DNA of 63,954 nt, the filler included, from Licmophora abbreviata (lineage: Eukaryota): the NCBI GenBank assembly GCA_900291995.1. It is 12 parts of 12 records of this genome, joined end to end, with 100 filler letters (N's around TTAATTAATTAA, not from the genome) between each part and the next. Parts side by side here need not be neighbours in the genome. Positions count along the whole stretch, not along the records: positions 23,931 to 33,145 come from OLMU01001672.1; positions 33,246 to 34,873 come from OLMU01001673.1; positions 34,974 to 40,081 come from OLMU01001674.1; 9 more parts are not named here. One strand, 5' to 3'. Numbering within the stretch: the stretch's first letter is position 1; every line of letters starts with the position of its first letter. A model generated the notes under the pieces. That model had not been told where the DNA came from and did not search any database. It was given only the letters and a program-made list of their open reading frames with translations. Below are positions 27,189 to 38,042 of the stretch, in pieces. Made by a program: the position numbers and the translations under genes.

Positions 27189-27658
27189 ATGGTATTGGAA
27201 TCAATTCCCTCGGAATACCAGCTGCTTGTCGTAGTTGCGGTGAGTTTCGCAGAGATAAGGAAAAATGGGCGTCTCCGCGCGTATCACGATGACGCACACA
27301 GTCATTGTGTCCGCGTGGGTCGGAGGGGTGGACTGAATGACGCTGTCTATGAAGGGACAGTGTAGTCGATTCTCGTGCTTGGGAACCCTACGGATGGTCG
27401 TGCCTGATGTCTAGCTCGGCGTCGTTCTCACTCTCAAATGCCTCCATCCCTACACAGGTCGGTCTCCTCTTCTTCGTTGCGGTACTGGCGTGTGCTCGTA
27501 TGTCGGCCACGCCAAAGACGAAAAGCAGCTCTAAGAAGAAGGTATCTGTCCAGTCTCCCTCCACACCGAAACGATCGCGAAAGAAGGCTTTCGAGTTCGG
27601 AAGCGTAGAGACTCCGCAAGGACGTCGATCGGCACGTATCGCTCGCAAGGAAGATTAA
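27189..27658 (+). CDS. 84-aa signal-anchored microprotein with a basic tail; intron 27240..27457
   Basis: The GTGAGT..CACAG intron joins MVLESIPSEYQLLVVVA to VGLLFFVAVLACARM...TPQGRRSARIARKED*, giving one continuous TM helix. Confidence 0.7.
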
Positions 27659-28365
27659 GAGAATGTGACAGGCATCATGGGATGATGAAAGTTAAAAGTT
27701 ATCTGTGCAAGGCTCGCCTTTAAGGGTATGATGGCGCGATTGGCGTCGCGACGGGTGCGGGGTTTGGGAGGACTGTGCGGACAGCTAGATTGTCGGTGCA
27801 GTGCCCTCAGTTTTTTGTTTGTAGCAAGTTTACTACTTATAGTGAAAGCTGTTTGGATCGCGTTATCTTCATGGCTTTCATATTGTGGGCTGCATCAGCC
27901 ACACTCATTGAACCCTTCTCAACAGAAGGGGGGAGACTAGCCATAGACATCAAAGAGCTATTGGTACATGCGGGTGAGCGATGTGAGGATAACCGGTACC
28001 AGATACCCTGCCCGCGGACCCTAAACGTACGATACCGAATCTTACGATAGATCGAGAGATCTTAGGAAGACAGATCTACCCAGTATGCAGCCTCTTGACC
28101 TGCGATGAATTTGCATTGCTTGGTAGAATCCAATCCAATTCTATGATATGATACCGGGTAGCTAGGAACGATGCGTGTGTGTGCTCGTATGCTTGTAACT
28201 GAATGGACGCCGACACACGGGTTATGGGCTCCGAGAGAGTATTGGCGCTTTTTTAGATGAATGAGACCATGAGATTCTTGTCGCCGCTGCTCCGTGTCCG
28301 CAGCCTCACCTTTGCCGGAACGATTACGTATATTATTTCTTTATCTCTTCTGACTATCATAATTC

Positions 28366-29674
28366 ATGAGCAGTCGTCATTCCAGGTCTAGATCGCGCGA
28401 GCGCGACGAGCACGATGGACATTACGGACCGGTCGGTGGGAGTACAGCGTCGGCTCCGCATGGTGCTCCGCCCCTCGCCAATTACGGCATGATGGCTCCC
28501 TTGACGACAGGAGGCATGTCGAGCATTCTCATGAGCGCACAAAGCTCGGCGAATGAAAAGATTAGTCGCGAACTGTTTGTGGGAAACACGCCTCCTGGTA
28601 CGTCGGAAATGCTCTTGATGCAGTTCTTGAATGGAGCTATGCGACGCGTCGGTCTTTGCCAGAACCAGGAGACGCCGATTCTAAACTGCCGTGTCAATCC
28701 CAAGTTTGCCTTCATTGAACTAGTTTCGCCTGATGCAGCTAACAAGGCGCTCAATCTCAATGGAATTCCCTTTCTCGGATCTGTTTTGAAGGTATCGCGT
28801 CCTAGCAAGTACAGCGGGCCTACAACTCCGGCCAAGACCTGGCAGGAGCTGACCGGTCAAGCGCTACCTTCTAATGCTGTATTGGACTCATCGGGTGCAG
28901 AAAAGCTCAATCGCGAGATCTTCGTCGGCAACACAACAGCCGAAATGACAGAGCCCATGCTCCAGGATTTCCTGGGAAACGCCATGCTGCAAGTCGGACT
29001 CAACACTATGCCGGGCAATCCCATTGTCACGTGCCGCGTGTCGGGAAAGTTTGCGTTCATTGAGCTGCGGTCTCCACAGGAAGCGGCAAATGCGTTGAAC
29101 CTTAACAACATTCCATTCATGGGATCGCAGCTTCGGGTCGGTCGCCCGTCCAAGTGGCAAGGTACCGACAAACCGCATATGAATTGGTACGGGTATACTG
29201 AGTTGCTTCACGTTGATTGTTGTCTAAAATATTGCGTATCACTAACGTCTTTTTCTGGTTTCACTCGTATTTCGCAGGGAGGATATCTTGGCGCGCTACC
29301 TCAGTGGCGACTTGACGCTTCCGGCCCAGGGAGGAGCCGGCGCAGCGGCCGTCGTGTCATCGTCATCTGAACAGACGGCGACGCGTGTTGTCGAACTCAA
29401 GAACATGTTGAGTCCGGAGGATTTGGAAAACGAGGAAGAGTACCATGAAATCATGGAAGACACCAAGGATGAATGTAGCCAGTTTGGAAGCTTAAAAAGC
29501 GTCGTCATTCCGAAGAAGGGCGAGGTCGGCGTCACCAAGGTCTTTCTGGAGTACATGTCTACGGGCGACGCGGCCAAAGCAATTAAGGGTCTTGCAGGTC
29601 GCACTTTTGACGGCCGCAAGGTAGAGGCGGCGTACTTTGACGAGACAAAGTTTTCCAACAAGGATTATGCGTAA
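28366..29674 (+). CDS. U2AF65 (U2AF large subunit)-like splicing factor; intron 29187..29277
   Basis: Short RS N-terminus, two RRMs (RELFVGNT..FAFIEL) and a C-terminal UHM/RRM3 (TRVVELKNM..EDTKDECSQFG..GRTFDGRKV). Confidence 0.85.
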
Positions 29675-30199
29675 GAATAAAAGCATGGATAGGGAACCGT
29701 GCTTTTGTTTGATCCGCGACTGCGTTGCTTGTTTCTTCCGTCTGCCCTTTGCTAGTGTTTGTCGATTGATCTCGTTGCGCCAAGCTTTGAATAATGAAGC
29801 GCGGCAAGGCGACTAGTTACACATACCGGACGGTAAAATTATTGATCAATCATATCTTCTGGAATACCGTATCGTACTTACTACGCCTCTACTGTGACCT
29901 GTCTCGCTTGTTTCTTGTTCTCTTGGAGTAGGCGACGGTGGCTTGGTGGGGTCTTACTAGCCATATCATGCTTTGCTGTTCGCTCTTCCGGGTGTACCAT
30001 TATCTTCGTTGAAGCTAGCGCCGTAGACAATGCCTTAGCGCTACCGTCATGGTCTTCAAAAATAGCGCGATGCATCGATTTTGACACCGTCGGCATACTT
30101 CTACAAATCACAATGATGAAGGATAGAGAAAAAAATCAAAACCAGAAGTTACTCAGGAATAAAGATCAGTCAATTGGAAATTCCTTGTCTGCTTGCTAG

Positions 30200-31291
30200 C
30201 TAAAAACCACGCCTTGCTTTTCGTGGGTTCTTTTTCTTATTCGCTTTCCTGTAGTGCTCCGTCTTGGTCCGTTGCATCGTTCGATACTTGTTCGTCGTGT
30301 AGCCGGCAACTGCTGGGTCGGCCATGATCTCCTCTGTCAAGTTGCTTCGACGTTGTTTCTTCGTAAGCCGAGATGAATAGAACTCTGATGCCCCTTCAAT
30401 CACTGTCCCAACCTGCAGCACCTTGTTCTTGTTGTTGTCGGCCGACTTGTAGAATCGCTTGGGATCTAGGTAGTTACGATTTCGAATGACGGCCAGGTCT
30501 GTTTTCACTTCGTCCGTCATGGGAGTCGGGACCATGCCAAACCATCCTTTTCCAGCCGAAAGATCAGGTGCTCTCTTCGTCCCCGTCTTGAAAGAGGAAT
30601 ATAATGAAGCATACTTTGTTGGAAGAAATCCATTTGACGATCGCTTCATTGCCTCAGCACCGGGCTCTGCTGTGTCCACAACGAACTTGGAAGTCGATGC
30701 ATCGCTGCGAACCGCCTGGCGCCGAAGTTCCGCAATACCACCTCTGGGTCTATATCTGTTCAGCGACGATGCTTCAAGCTTTAACGGGGCTACATAGCCG
30801 GGTATCAGCTCAGTCAGTCCGTTTCCAACTGCTTTCGAATGGCCGATACTGCGTGCCCCCGAGTTCGAAAAACGTACATCGCCAGGGTTGTCTCGTTTGT
30901 CTCGTGTCGCGTCATCTCCTTGGACAGCATCCTCGTGATCAACTGTGATAGACGACTCTATCATGTCGCTATCCTTTTGTTTGTCTTCTTCCTGTGGCAC
31001 AGACATCTCAGCAGTTTTGGCACATTTCATTTGTGTTGTGGCGCGTAGCTCTTCACTGTCACGTCTGCCAGTCCTCGACCCACTCCGTGTTCGTCGCCCA
31101 CGCACCCTGGTTGACTCTGAAACATCTTCCACCCTCTCGAAGACATTGCTATCATTGCTATCAGCTTCCTCTGGATGCAGTATCGATGTTTCATCATGGT
31201 TTTCGTCACCGATGGGCGTCTGCGGAGTGACGATTTCGGTGCCATCATCGTCATCAGCCGCCTTCGCTTTGGAGCGTCTCGTAGAAACCAT
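30200..31291 (-). CDS. FCF2: Fcf2 pre-rRNA processing protein (DNTTIP2-like C-terminal domain)
   Basis: WFGM..TDEVKTDLAVIRNRNYLDPKRFYK..QVGTVIEG..EFYSSRLTKKQR. Confidence 0.9.
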   Translation of the reverse strand: MVSTRRSKAKAADDDDGTEIVTPQTPIGDENHDETSILHPEEADSNDSNVFERVEDVSESTRVRGRRTRSGSRTGRRDSEELRATTQMKCAKTAEMSVPQEEDKQKDSDMIESSITVDHEDAVQGDDATRDKRDNPGDVRFSNSGARSIGHSKAVGNGLTELIPGYVAPLKLEASSLNRYRPRGGIAELRRQAVRSDASTSKFVVDTAEPGAEAMKRSSNGFLPTKYASLYSSFKTGTKRAPDLSAGKGWFGMVPTPMTDEVKTDLAVIRNRNYLDPKRFYKSADNNKNKVLQVGTVIEGASEFYSSRLTKKQRRSNLTEEIMADPAVAGYTTNKYRTMQRTKTEHYRKANKKKNPRKARRGF

Positions 31292-31601
31292 GGTTGATAC
31301 GTCGACTTCTACTGTCCTGACAGCTTTGTGGACTGCTGTTGACGACAATCTCGGCACTGTGTCAGTAGCTTTGACTTGAGATGTGCGCAAAACGATGACA
31401 ACAGTCACAGCTCCATCATTTCGATCTAGCTTCCGATGTGAGTTTTTTGTGCGGTCCTGATCATCCCAGTACGTCCATCGTCCGAAATGCGATGTTAGAG
31501 GAAACTGAAGTAAAATACCGGTAGTCTAGAGGCCTTACGTTTCTTCTCGCCTCTAATTACTAATAGTTTGGTGTAGCGTTAGTATCCTCCTCAGGACCCG
31601 C

Positions 31602-33145
31602 CTAAGAATCGTGCTGAGGGTTGTGTTCGTCCGATGGATCCACGTGATCCGGGTGGCTTGGGTGTAAGATACCTTCCTTCAGCCCCCCGCCCTTCGGCCA
31701 AAAGCATGCATATCCCAACTGCGAAAGCCCCGCAGGTTGGTCACTTCTTCCGTGCGTCGTCGATCCCACCATTTCCGTGCGCTCCAGCTCCGGTCCAATC
31801 TGCTTCACCTTCTCGTTTATTCTGTGAAAGAGTTTGAACGGTTCAATCGGCGCAACGACGCCGACCGCGGTCTTGATGCCCTGGGTAGGAGGATGAAGGT
31901 AGGCATGTTTCATGAGTGGTTTATGTCGCTATTCGACACCAGAGTACACACGAGTATAACTTACCCATTGTGGTATGCCACCACCGGGATTCGCTTGCGC
32001 CAAGATCGCCATTCGTGTCTTGTTCCTGTCCTCGGGATCTGGCGATATAACTGTAGAATAGGTGAATGTTGCTAGTGAGACAGACGTCTGGAGTACCATC
32101 ATCACATTGACTCAGCAACATTCGATACTTACAGTTGGCACCTCTGAGCGCAAATGCACGACAATACTTTCCATCTTGTTCCTTGTGATTGCCAGGAGCT
32201 TCGCGGTGCTCACATGCTTGATTCACTACAACTTGAGTCCCGTCTCGGAGCCATCGATGATGGCAAAAAGTGACCAAGTCTCTGGGCTTTATGAACAAAA
32301 TCTGAGGCGTGTGGCCCCAGCATATTTTGGAGTGAGGAGTGATTTCCTCCAAATCGCGATGTTCGACGACCAAGTCGTTGTATTCTGAAATTCGTGCCTC
32401 CTGCGCAAGATATGCGCACACTTCCTCCATGGGAGCATCAATGGTTGAATAGCACTTCACACAGGGATATTCGGTGTCGTCGTCCGGGTTGGCGTGATCG
32501 GCTCTTGAATCCGACATCCATTTTAGATAGCATTTGATTCTGCCGTCGGGATTGAACTTGTTGCGAACAAGTTTGTTGCATATGACTTCTTTCCATCCAT
32601 CTTCTTCGCCACCTTCTTCGAACAGAAGTTTCTCTGCCCACTTTTCTACTTGCAATCCAATCTGGTCAAACTCCCGTTGTCGCATGCGTCGCGCCACGAG
32701 GGCCGATACTCCACTGGCTTGCTGCTCTTCTTCTTCGTCTACTTCGACACCCATACGGCGCTTCATGGCAATCATTTCTCGACGAAGCTCCGCCATTTGA
32801 AGACGCATCTCCTTGAGTTCCTCCATTGCCTCGTCCATGGCACGGGAGAGCGGTTTTCGTCTCTGCTTCTTGGAATTCACAATTGTCTCTGAAATACCAT
32901 AGTAAAAGCCAGTCCCAGCGACGACGTTTCGAGGATTTGGCATCTTGCGATGGCGTTTCCGCTTGTTGGTCTTGGTGGCGACTGAAGCCTCTACTGTAAC
33001 GAGGGGGTTCGACGACAGCCTGCTTTGCCAGCGTTTCAAGTTGAGAGCAGGAATCGACCTCAGTCCCAATGGAGAGCCTCGAAATAATGCAGACGTGATG
33101 TCACCATCCGCCAATACATCACTAGGAAGCGACCCTCCAGTGACG
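31602..33145 (-). CDS. START lipid-binding domain protein, 5'-partial; introns 32051..32132 and 31881..31964
   Basis: A coiled coil followed by START-like motifs EYNDLV, FIKPRDLVTF and QANPGGGIPQW after splicing. Confidence 0.85.
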
Positions 33146-33694
33146 NNNNNNNNNNNNNNNNNNNNNNNNNNNNNNNNNNNNNNNNNNNNTTAATTAATTA
33201 ANNNNNNNNNNNNNNNNNNNNNNNNNNNNNNNNNNNNNNNNNNNNAGTACAGAGTGCGGCGAGAAAAACACATGTTTCACTGAAATGAGACAACCATAAG
33301 AAAGACCTTAGATTCTGCTGCACTCGCACACCGCAGCCAAATTACTGCAGCAAGAGATACAGCCAAGTAGGGAGAGGGAAAGCCGTCGATCGGATGGGAT
33401 GTCACAAGCTGTCCCAGCAGAGCTTCTCTTTATGTGCGGCGCCGATGACGCAGCCGCGCGTTGATGCGCGATCAAAGGGCGCGGGAAAGTTTTGCCGCCA
33501 ACGGATTCTCCTCAACATGGGCGGCAGTACATATTTATGTTGAGCTCTACATACTCAAATGTGGTATGGTTTTCTCGTTAAAGTGCGACATGAAAAACCA
33601 CGAGCTTTCGAGCTCTACAATATATTCAGGCATCGCGCGCAACATCGCGAGGTTGAAAAAAGTGCGGGAAAACCCAAAGTCATTTCAGTTTGTC

Positions 33695-36539
33695 ATGATG
33701 CACAGCGTTGACGCTGGGCGAATGCAGCGACGTCTTTTACTCCGTCTCTTGGTCTTTGCAGTGATTCAGTGGGCTGTTTTGGTCCCAAAAGTGAATGCTT
33801 TGCTACCAGTGCATTCGCCAGTCAGCAAAAGTCGCAACATGAATATCTTTCGAAGAACTTCCGGTGATGCCGATGAGCAAGACTCAGCTTTGTCTCCTGC
33901 TCAACAAGACACAACTCTCGAAGCCTCCTGCTACACTCCTAATCACCGGCAAGATGCCGAGACTTACAACGCAATGATATCTGCCTCAGTTGATCTTTCC
34001 GACGCTGTGGTATCGAACGGAGTCCTGTCCGGTGAGTATATACCGGTACTCTAGCATGACTAACTCGGCACATGGTAAACCCATCACTATGGACTTACAT
34101 GCTGATTTCTCTTTCCTACTTGCTGCTGCAGTGATTCGATCGGTTCGGGATATCGACAATGCGAAACGGCGTAAGTTTCTGTACTCGATTCCGATTCCAC
34201 AAGGCAATGGATTCTTTCCATTTTCGATTCCACCCACTGAATTGGTCGATGACATCAAGGTGCGGGTTCCCTCGAAATCGGGTGACAAGATTGCCATTCT
34301 GCGAGAAAAGAAAGATATCAACGAAAAGGGAACCGATGGCACTCGGCAGGTGCTAGAGATTTGGTCGAATGATTGTCAATCGCTCTCCAAGCGAATTGTG
34401 TTACCTTCGGCTCTACATGGCAAGGTCATAAACGATCCCGGGTGGTTTGGACAGATCGCATGGAATGAGGATGAAACAGTGCTACTTTACTCAGCTGAAC
34501 GCAAGTCCCCCGACTCGCATTCATTCTTTTCTGCGCATGATGGCACTGCCGATGGTGCTCAAGCTCGAGGAAGACAAAACACGCTTGGCTGGGGCAAGAC
34601 TGAGACCTGGGGAGAAAAGTACACCAAACAATCTGGACTACTCGATCTGTTTATCGTGAACACTTCCAATGGTCGTGTCGGTCGAGTGAGTAACGTTCCC
34701 GGAGCCACTGACGTAACGACCGAGGGTGGCTTCACGCTTGGGCAGGCTAGTTTCAGTCCTTGTGGAACTCACGTTGTGTACACAGGGTGGGACGCCGGCG
34801 GCGGTGCGGAAATGCCCCGTCGGCTCGGAATGATCTACTGCATGCAGCGACAGAGCAAAATCTACGCTTCGCCNNNNNNNNNNNNNNNNNNNNNNNNNNN
34901 NNNNNNNNNNNNNNNNNTTAATTAATTAANNNNNNNNNNNNNNNNNNNNNNNNNNNNNNNNNNNNNNNNNNNNCTGAGCGAGCTCTCTGTCGATGAGGCG
35001 GATGTCTCCGAATTCGAGGATAAACGCGACGGCGAATTTCTCTGTTTGACGCAAAGTGCGCGACTCTCAAGATCGCCGAGATTCTCTCCCACAAAGTCGG
35101 GAATCTCTCATCTTGTATACCTTTCCAGCAAATTCGGCTTTGATACTCATAATGGAGGGGTATCATTGTACGTCATTGACTGGGATACAGAGAATGGTAA
35201 ACCCGTGGTGAATAGTCAGCAGATCTGGGTTGAAACCGTCTTGGAACCTGCTCCTCGTGATTCGAATAATGACGTGGTGGTGGCCAACATGGGGTTTCCC
35301 GGCCTTTACACAAACCAACTGCCAGTTGGATGCTGCACAAAAGACTATCTACTGATGACAACCCAATGGGGCTCTGTGCAAAAGATAGTTCGAATTTCGT
35401 TAGAGGATGGAAAGCTTACACTTTTCAACGTTGACATAGTCAGGAGCAACGGGGTATCATCAGAGCCTTTTGCGAGTCAGACGGTGCTATGTTCAACATT
35501 AGACGGCGGCTTCATTGTTTCGGAAAATGCACCGAATCAACCTTCCATTGTCGGATATGTCTCACCTGGGGCGGTGGCAAGAGACAGTGTTGATAGGAAG
35601 GTCGAAGCGGCTTTAGTTGCTGAAATGGCTCCGATCACTTCAACTTCGTTTGCAGACGTTTCTCGTAAAGGTCTGTCTTCCGCGCTCGACTTTTCCTACG
35701 ACGTCTTGACGATGCGACCGCCGCAGATTCAAGATGAGGTAGATACGCCAGTCCAATGGATCCTGCTCTTGCCAAAAAGCGCAGACGAAAGCACCGAGAA
35801 ATCTCCGCTTATCATCGTCCCTCACGGGGGACCACATGGGTGTACGCCGACAACCTTCATACCCAGCTATGCTTTCTTATGTGCAAGTGGCTATGCGATC
35901 CTCCATGTGAATTATCGTGGCTCTACAGGTTTCGGCCAGGGGTCTTTGGAAGCCCTCCCTGGACACATCGGGTTCTTGGACGTAAAGGACGTAGTTCACG
36001 CGGCGATAACGTTATCAGACACGGGGTGGATCGATCGCAATCGGATTGGAATTTGCGGTGGTTCCCATGGCGGCTTTTTGGCGGGACACTGCATTGGCCA
36101 GTTTCCTGAATTATTCAAGGTCGCTGCAATGCGCAATCCTGTCACGAACATTGCGTCAATGCTAACAGCGACAGATATTCCAGATTGGTGTTACGTCGAA
36201 ACCTTTGGATGTGGATACTATTCATGGAAGGAGTTTCGTGGCGTCCAGAGGGATGAGCTTGGAGCCATGTTCGATAGCTCGCCTGTGCGTTTTGCGGAGA
36301 AGGTCGTTGCACCCACTTTGGTGGCATTGGGCATGAGCGACCAGCGGGTTCCACCCTCTCAAGGCCTCGAATACTATCACATTCTGCGGTCTCGAGGTGT
36401 GACGACGAGGCTCCTTATGTACGATGACGACGACCATGCGATTGATGGAGTCGTCAGTGAAGCTGACCATTGGATCAATATCAAGCAATTTTTTGACGAA
36501 CACCTCAAATGCATAACCCAGTCGCAATCAGACCCCTAA
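33695..36539 (+). CDS. Acylamino-acid-releasing enzyme (S9C peptidase) with N-terminal signal-like sequence; intron 34032..34131; spans linker 34874-34973
   Basis: PHGGPH, VNYRGSTGFG, nucleophile GGSHGG, MRNPV, DQRVP and DDHAI. The propeller motif WGEKY is upstream. Confidence 0.92.
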
Positions 36540-36759
36540 TATGCGAAGCTAAAGTGAAGAAGTTTATCTCTAGAGTTATAGTTGCAATACATTACAATCG
36601 ATTCGATTCGTTGTGAGCCGAGAGACAACCCACTTCAAAGTGTCGAGCTCCGTGCTCTACAACAAACATGGGCTATTCTAAGTAGGCACAGGAGCCACTC
36701 AAAAGTTCGACGACGACACGCGGCGTTGTTGGAAATCGTCCACAACGTGTGTCTCGACC

Positions 36760-37983
36760 ATGGACTTGTTGGCATCGCTTCATCTGGAGCTGCTCCCGGA
36801 GCAGCAGACTCGAATATCTCACTTATCTCAGACACTTGCGGAAAATCCCGATCTCCGACTGGGATTCAATGCATGCTGTGTCTGTGCAACAGGGTTGACG
36901 CCGTCGACGAAGTCAATCGAGTGCAGCATGTGTCGCCGTGTCAAGTACTGCTCGGAGAATTGTCGAGAACAAGACGCCACGGTCGTGCCTAATGACAATG
37001 AGGAGGCTCTGGGCCATTCCTCTGTGATTTGTTCGCTGCTGAAGCTCTGCCATGCCGATGAAGATGCAGAAGATCCCAAGACTTTCCAGTCGGCGGACGA
37101 TACAGCGAGAGACCGAATTCAAAGCGAGTACGAATCATATCCAGCTACTCTTGCAAATGCTCTGTTAGAGGGACCGGATATTCTGAATCGATTCACCAAG
37201 AGAGAATCAAATGACCTTGTGATTCATGTGGTCGGAGCTTCTGTTGAGGCTGAGCTGTGGGGGAACAAACCATCTGCTTGGGCAGCGTACGGCGAGGCAT
37301 TGGGACAGCTTGCAGAGTCCAAGGGCCTTGGAGTGGTTCATTTGCACTTTGTTGGTCCACACTGTCCTGCTGACCCTATTTCGGAAGATCGACGCATTCC
37401 TCTGTATCGGGATGACCACGGATCTTCATCTTATCGGCTTGTTGTGACATCGCACAAGACAACCTACACCAAAAAACTCCTACAGGACAACAAACTATTA
37501 CAGACGCCGGACGTTGTTGCATTCTTCAACCCTGGATTCACGTGTCCAGATTACTCATGGGAGGAAGCAATGTCGTGTTTGTCATCTGGCACGGCATTCA
37601 TTGTCACTTCGAACACTGAGTTCGAAGGTATTTCCGAATGCCAGTACATGTGGGAAAAGCAGCTATTGCCGTCGCTTCCGGAGATTGTCGCGGAAATACT
37701 TGGAAATGGATCCCATACCGCGGGCGATGAGCACGCGGTTTTCTTCAGTGAGAATCCTTTTCGCGGGAACCGTGTCCGACAGAGCGGAACTATGGCGAAC
37801 GATCTCTTTGTCAAGAACAGCTGGGTCCTGATGGGCCACTTCGGCAAGCCCATGGCGTCACTGAGTCGTCAGGCCTCGTCGGCCGATAAGCAGAAAGGCC
37901 CGTCCCTCGAAGAAGCAAAATCGAGGAAAAAGAGACGCAGGGGAAGCCCGAATTCAAAAGAGACAAACCCAGCTCTAATCTAG
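36760..37983 (+). CDS. MYND zinc-finger, MSS51/ZMYND15-like protein
   Basis: CxxC..CxxC..YCSxxC..H..C MYND finger, plus IHVVGA..EAE, PDVVAFFNPGF and ENPF of the MSS51-type C-terminal domain. Confidence 0.8.
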   Translation: MDLLASLHLELLPEQQTRISHLSQTLAENPDLRLGFNACCVCATGLTPSTKSIECSMCRRVKYCSENCREQDATVVPNDNEEALGHSSVICSLLKLCHADEDAEDPKTFQSADDTARDRIQSEYESYPATLANALLEGPDILNRFTKRESNDLVIHVVGASVEAELWGNKPSAWAAYGEALGQLAESKGLGVVHLHFVGPHCPADPISEDRRIPLYRDDHGSSSYRLVVTSHKTTYTKKLLQDNKLLQTPDVVAFFNPGFTCPDYSWEEAMSCLSSGTAFIVTSNTEFEGISECQYMWEKQLLPSLPEIVAEILGNGSHTAGDEHAVFFSENPFRGNRVRQSGTMANDLFVKNSWVLMGHFGKPMASLSRQASSADKQKGPSLEEAKSRKKRRRGSPNSKETNPALI

Positions 37984-38042
37984 CTTCAAGTAGAGCAATC
38001 TGTACATAGGCATTGATTGTCGATTTTATATGGGTGGGGAAT

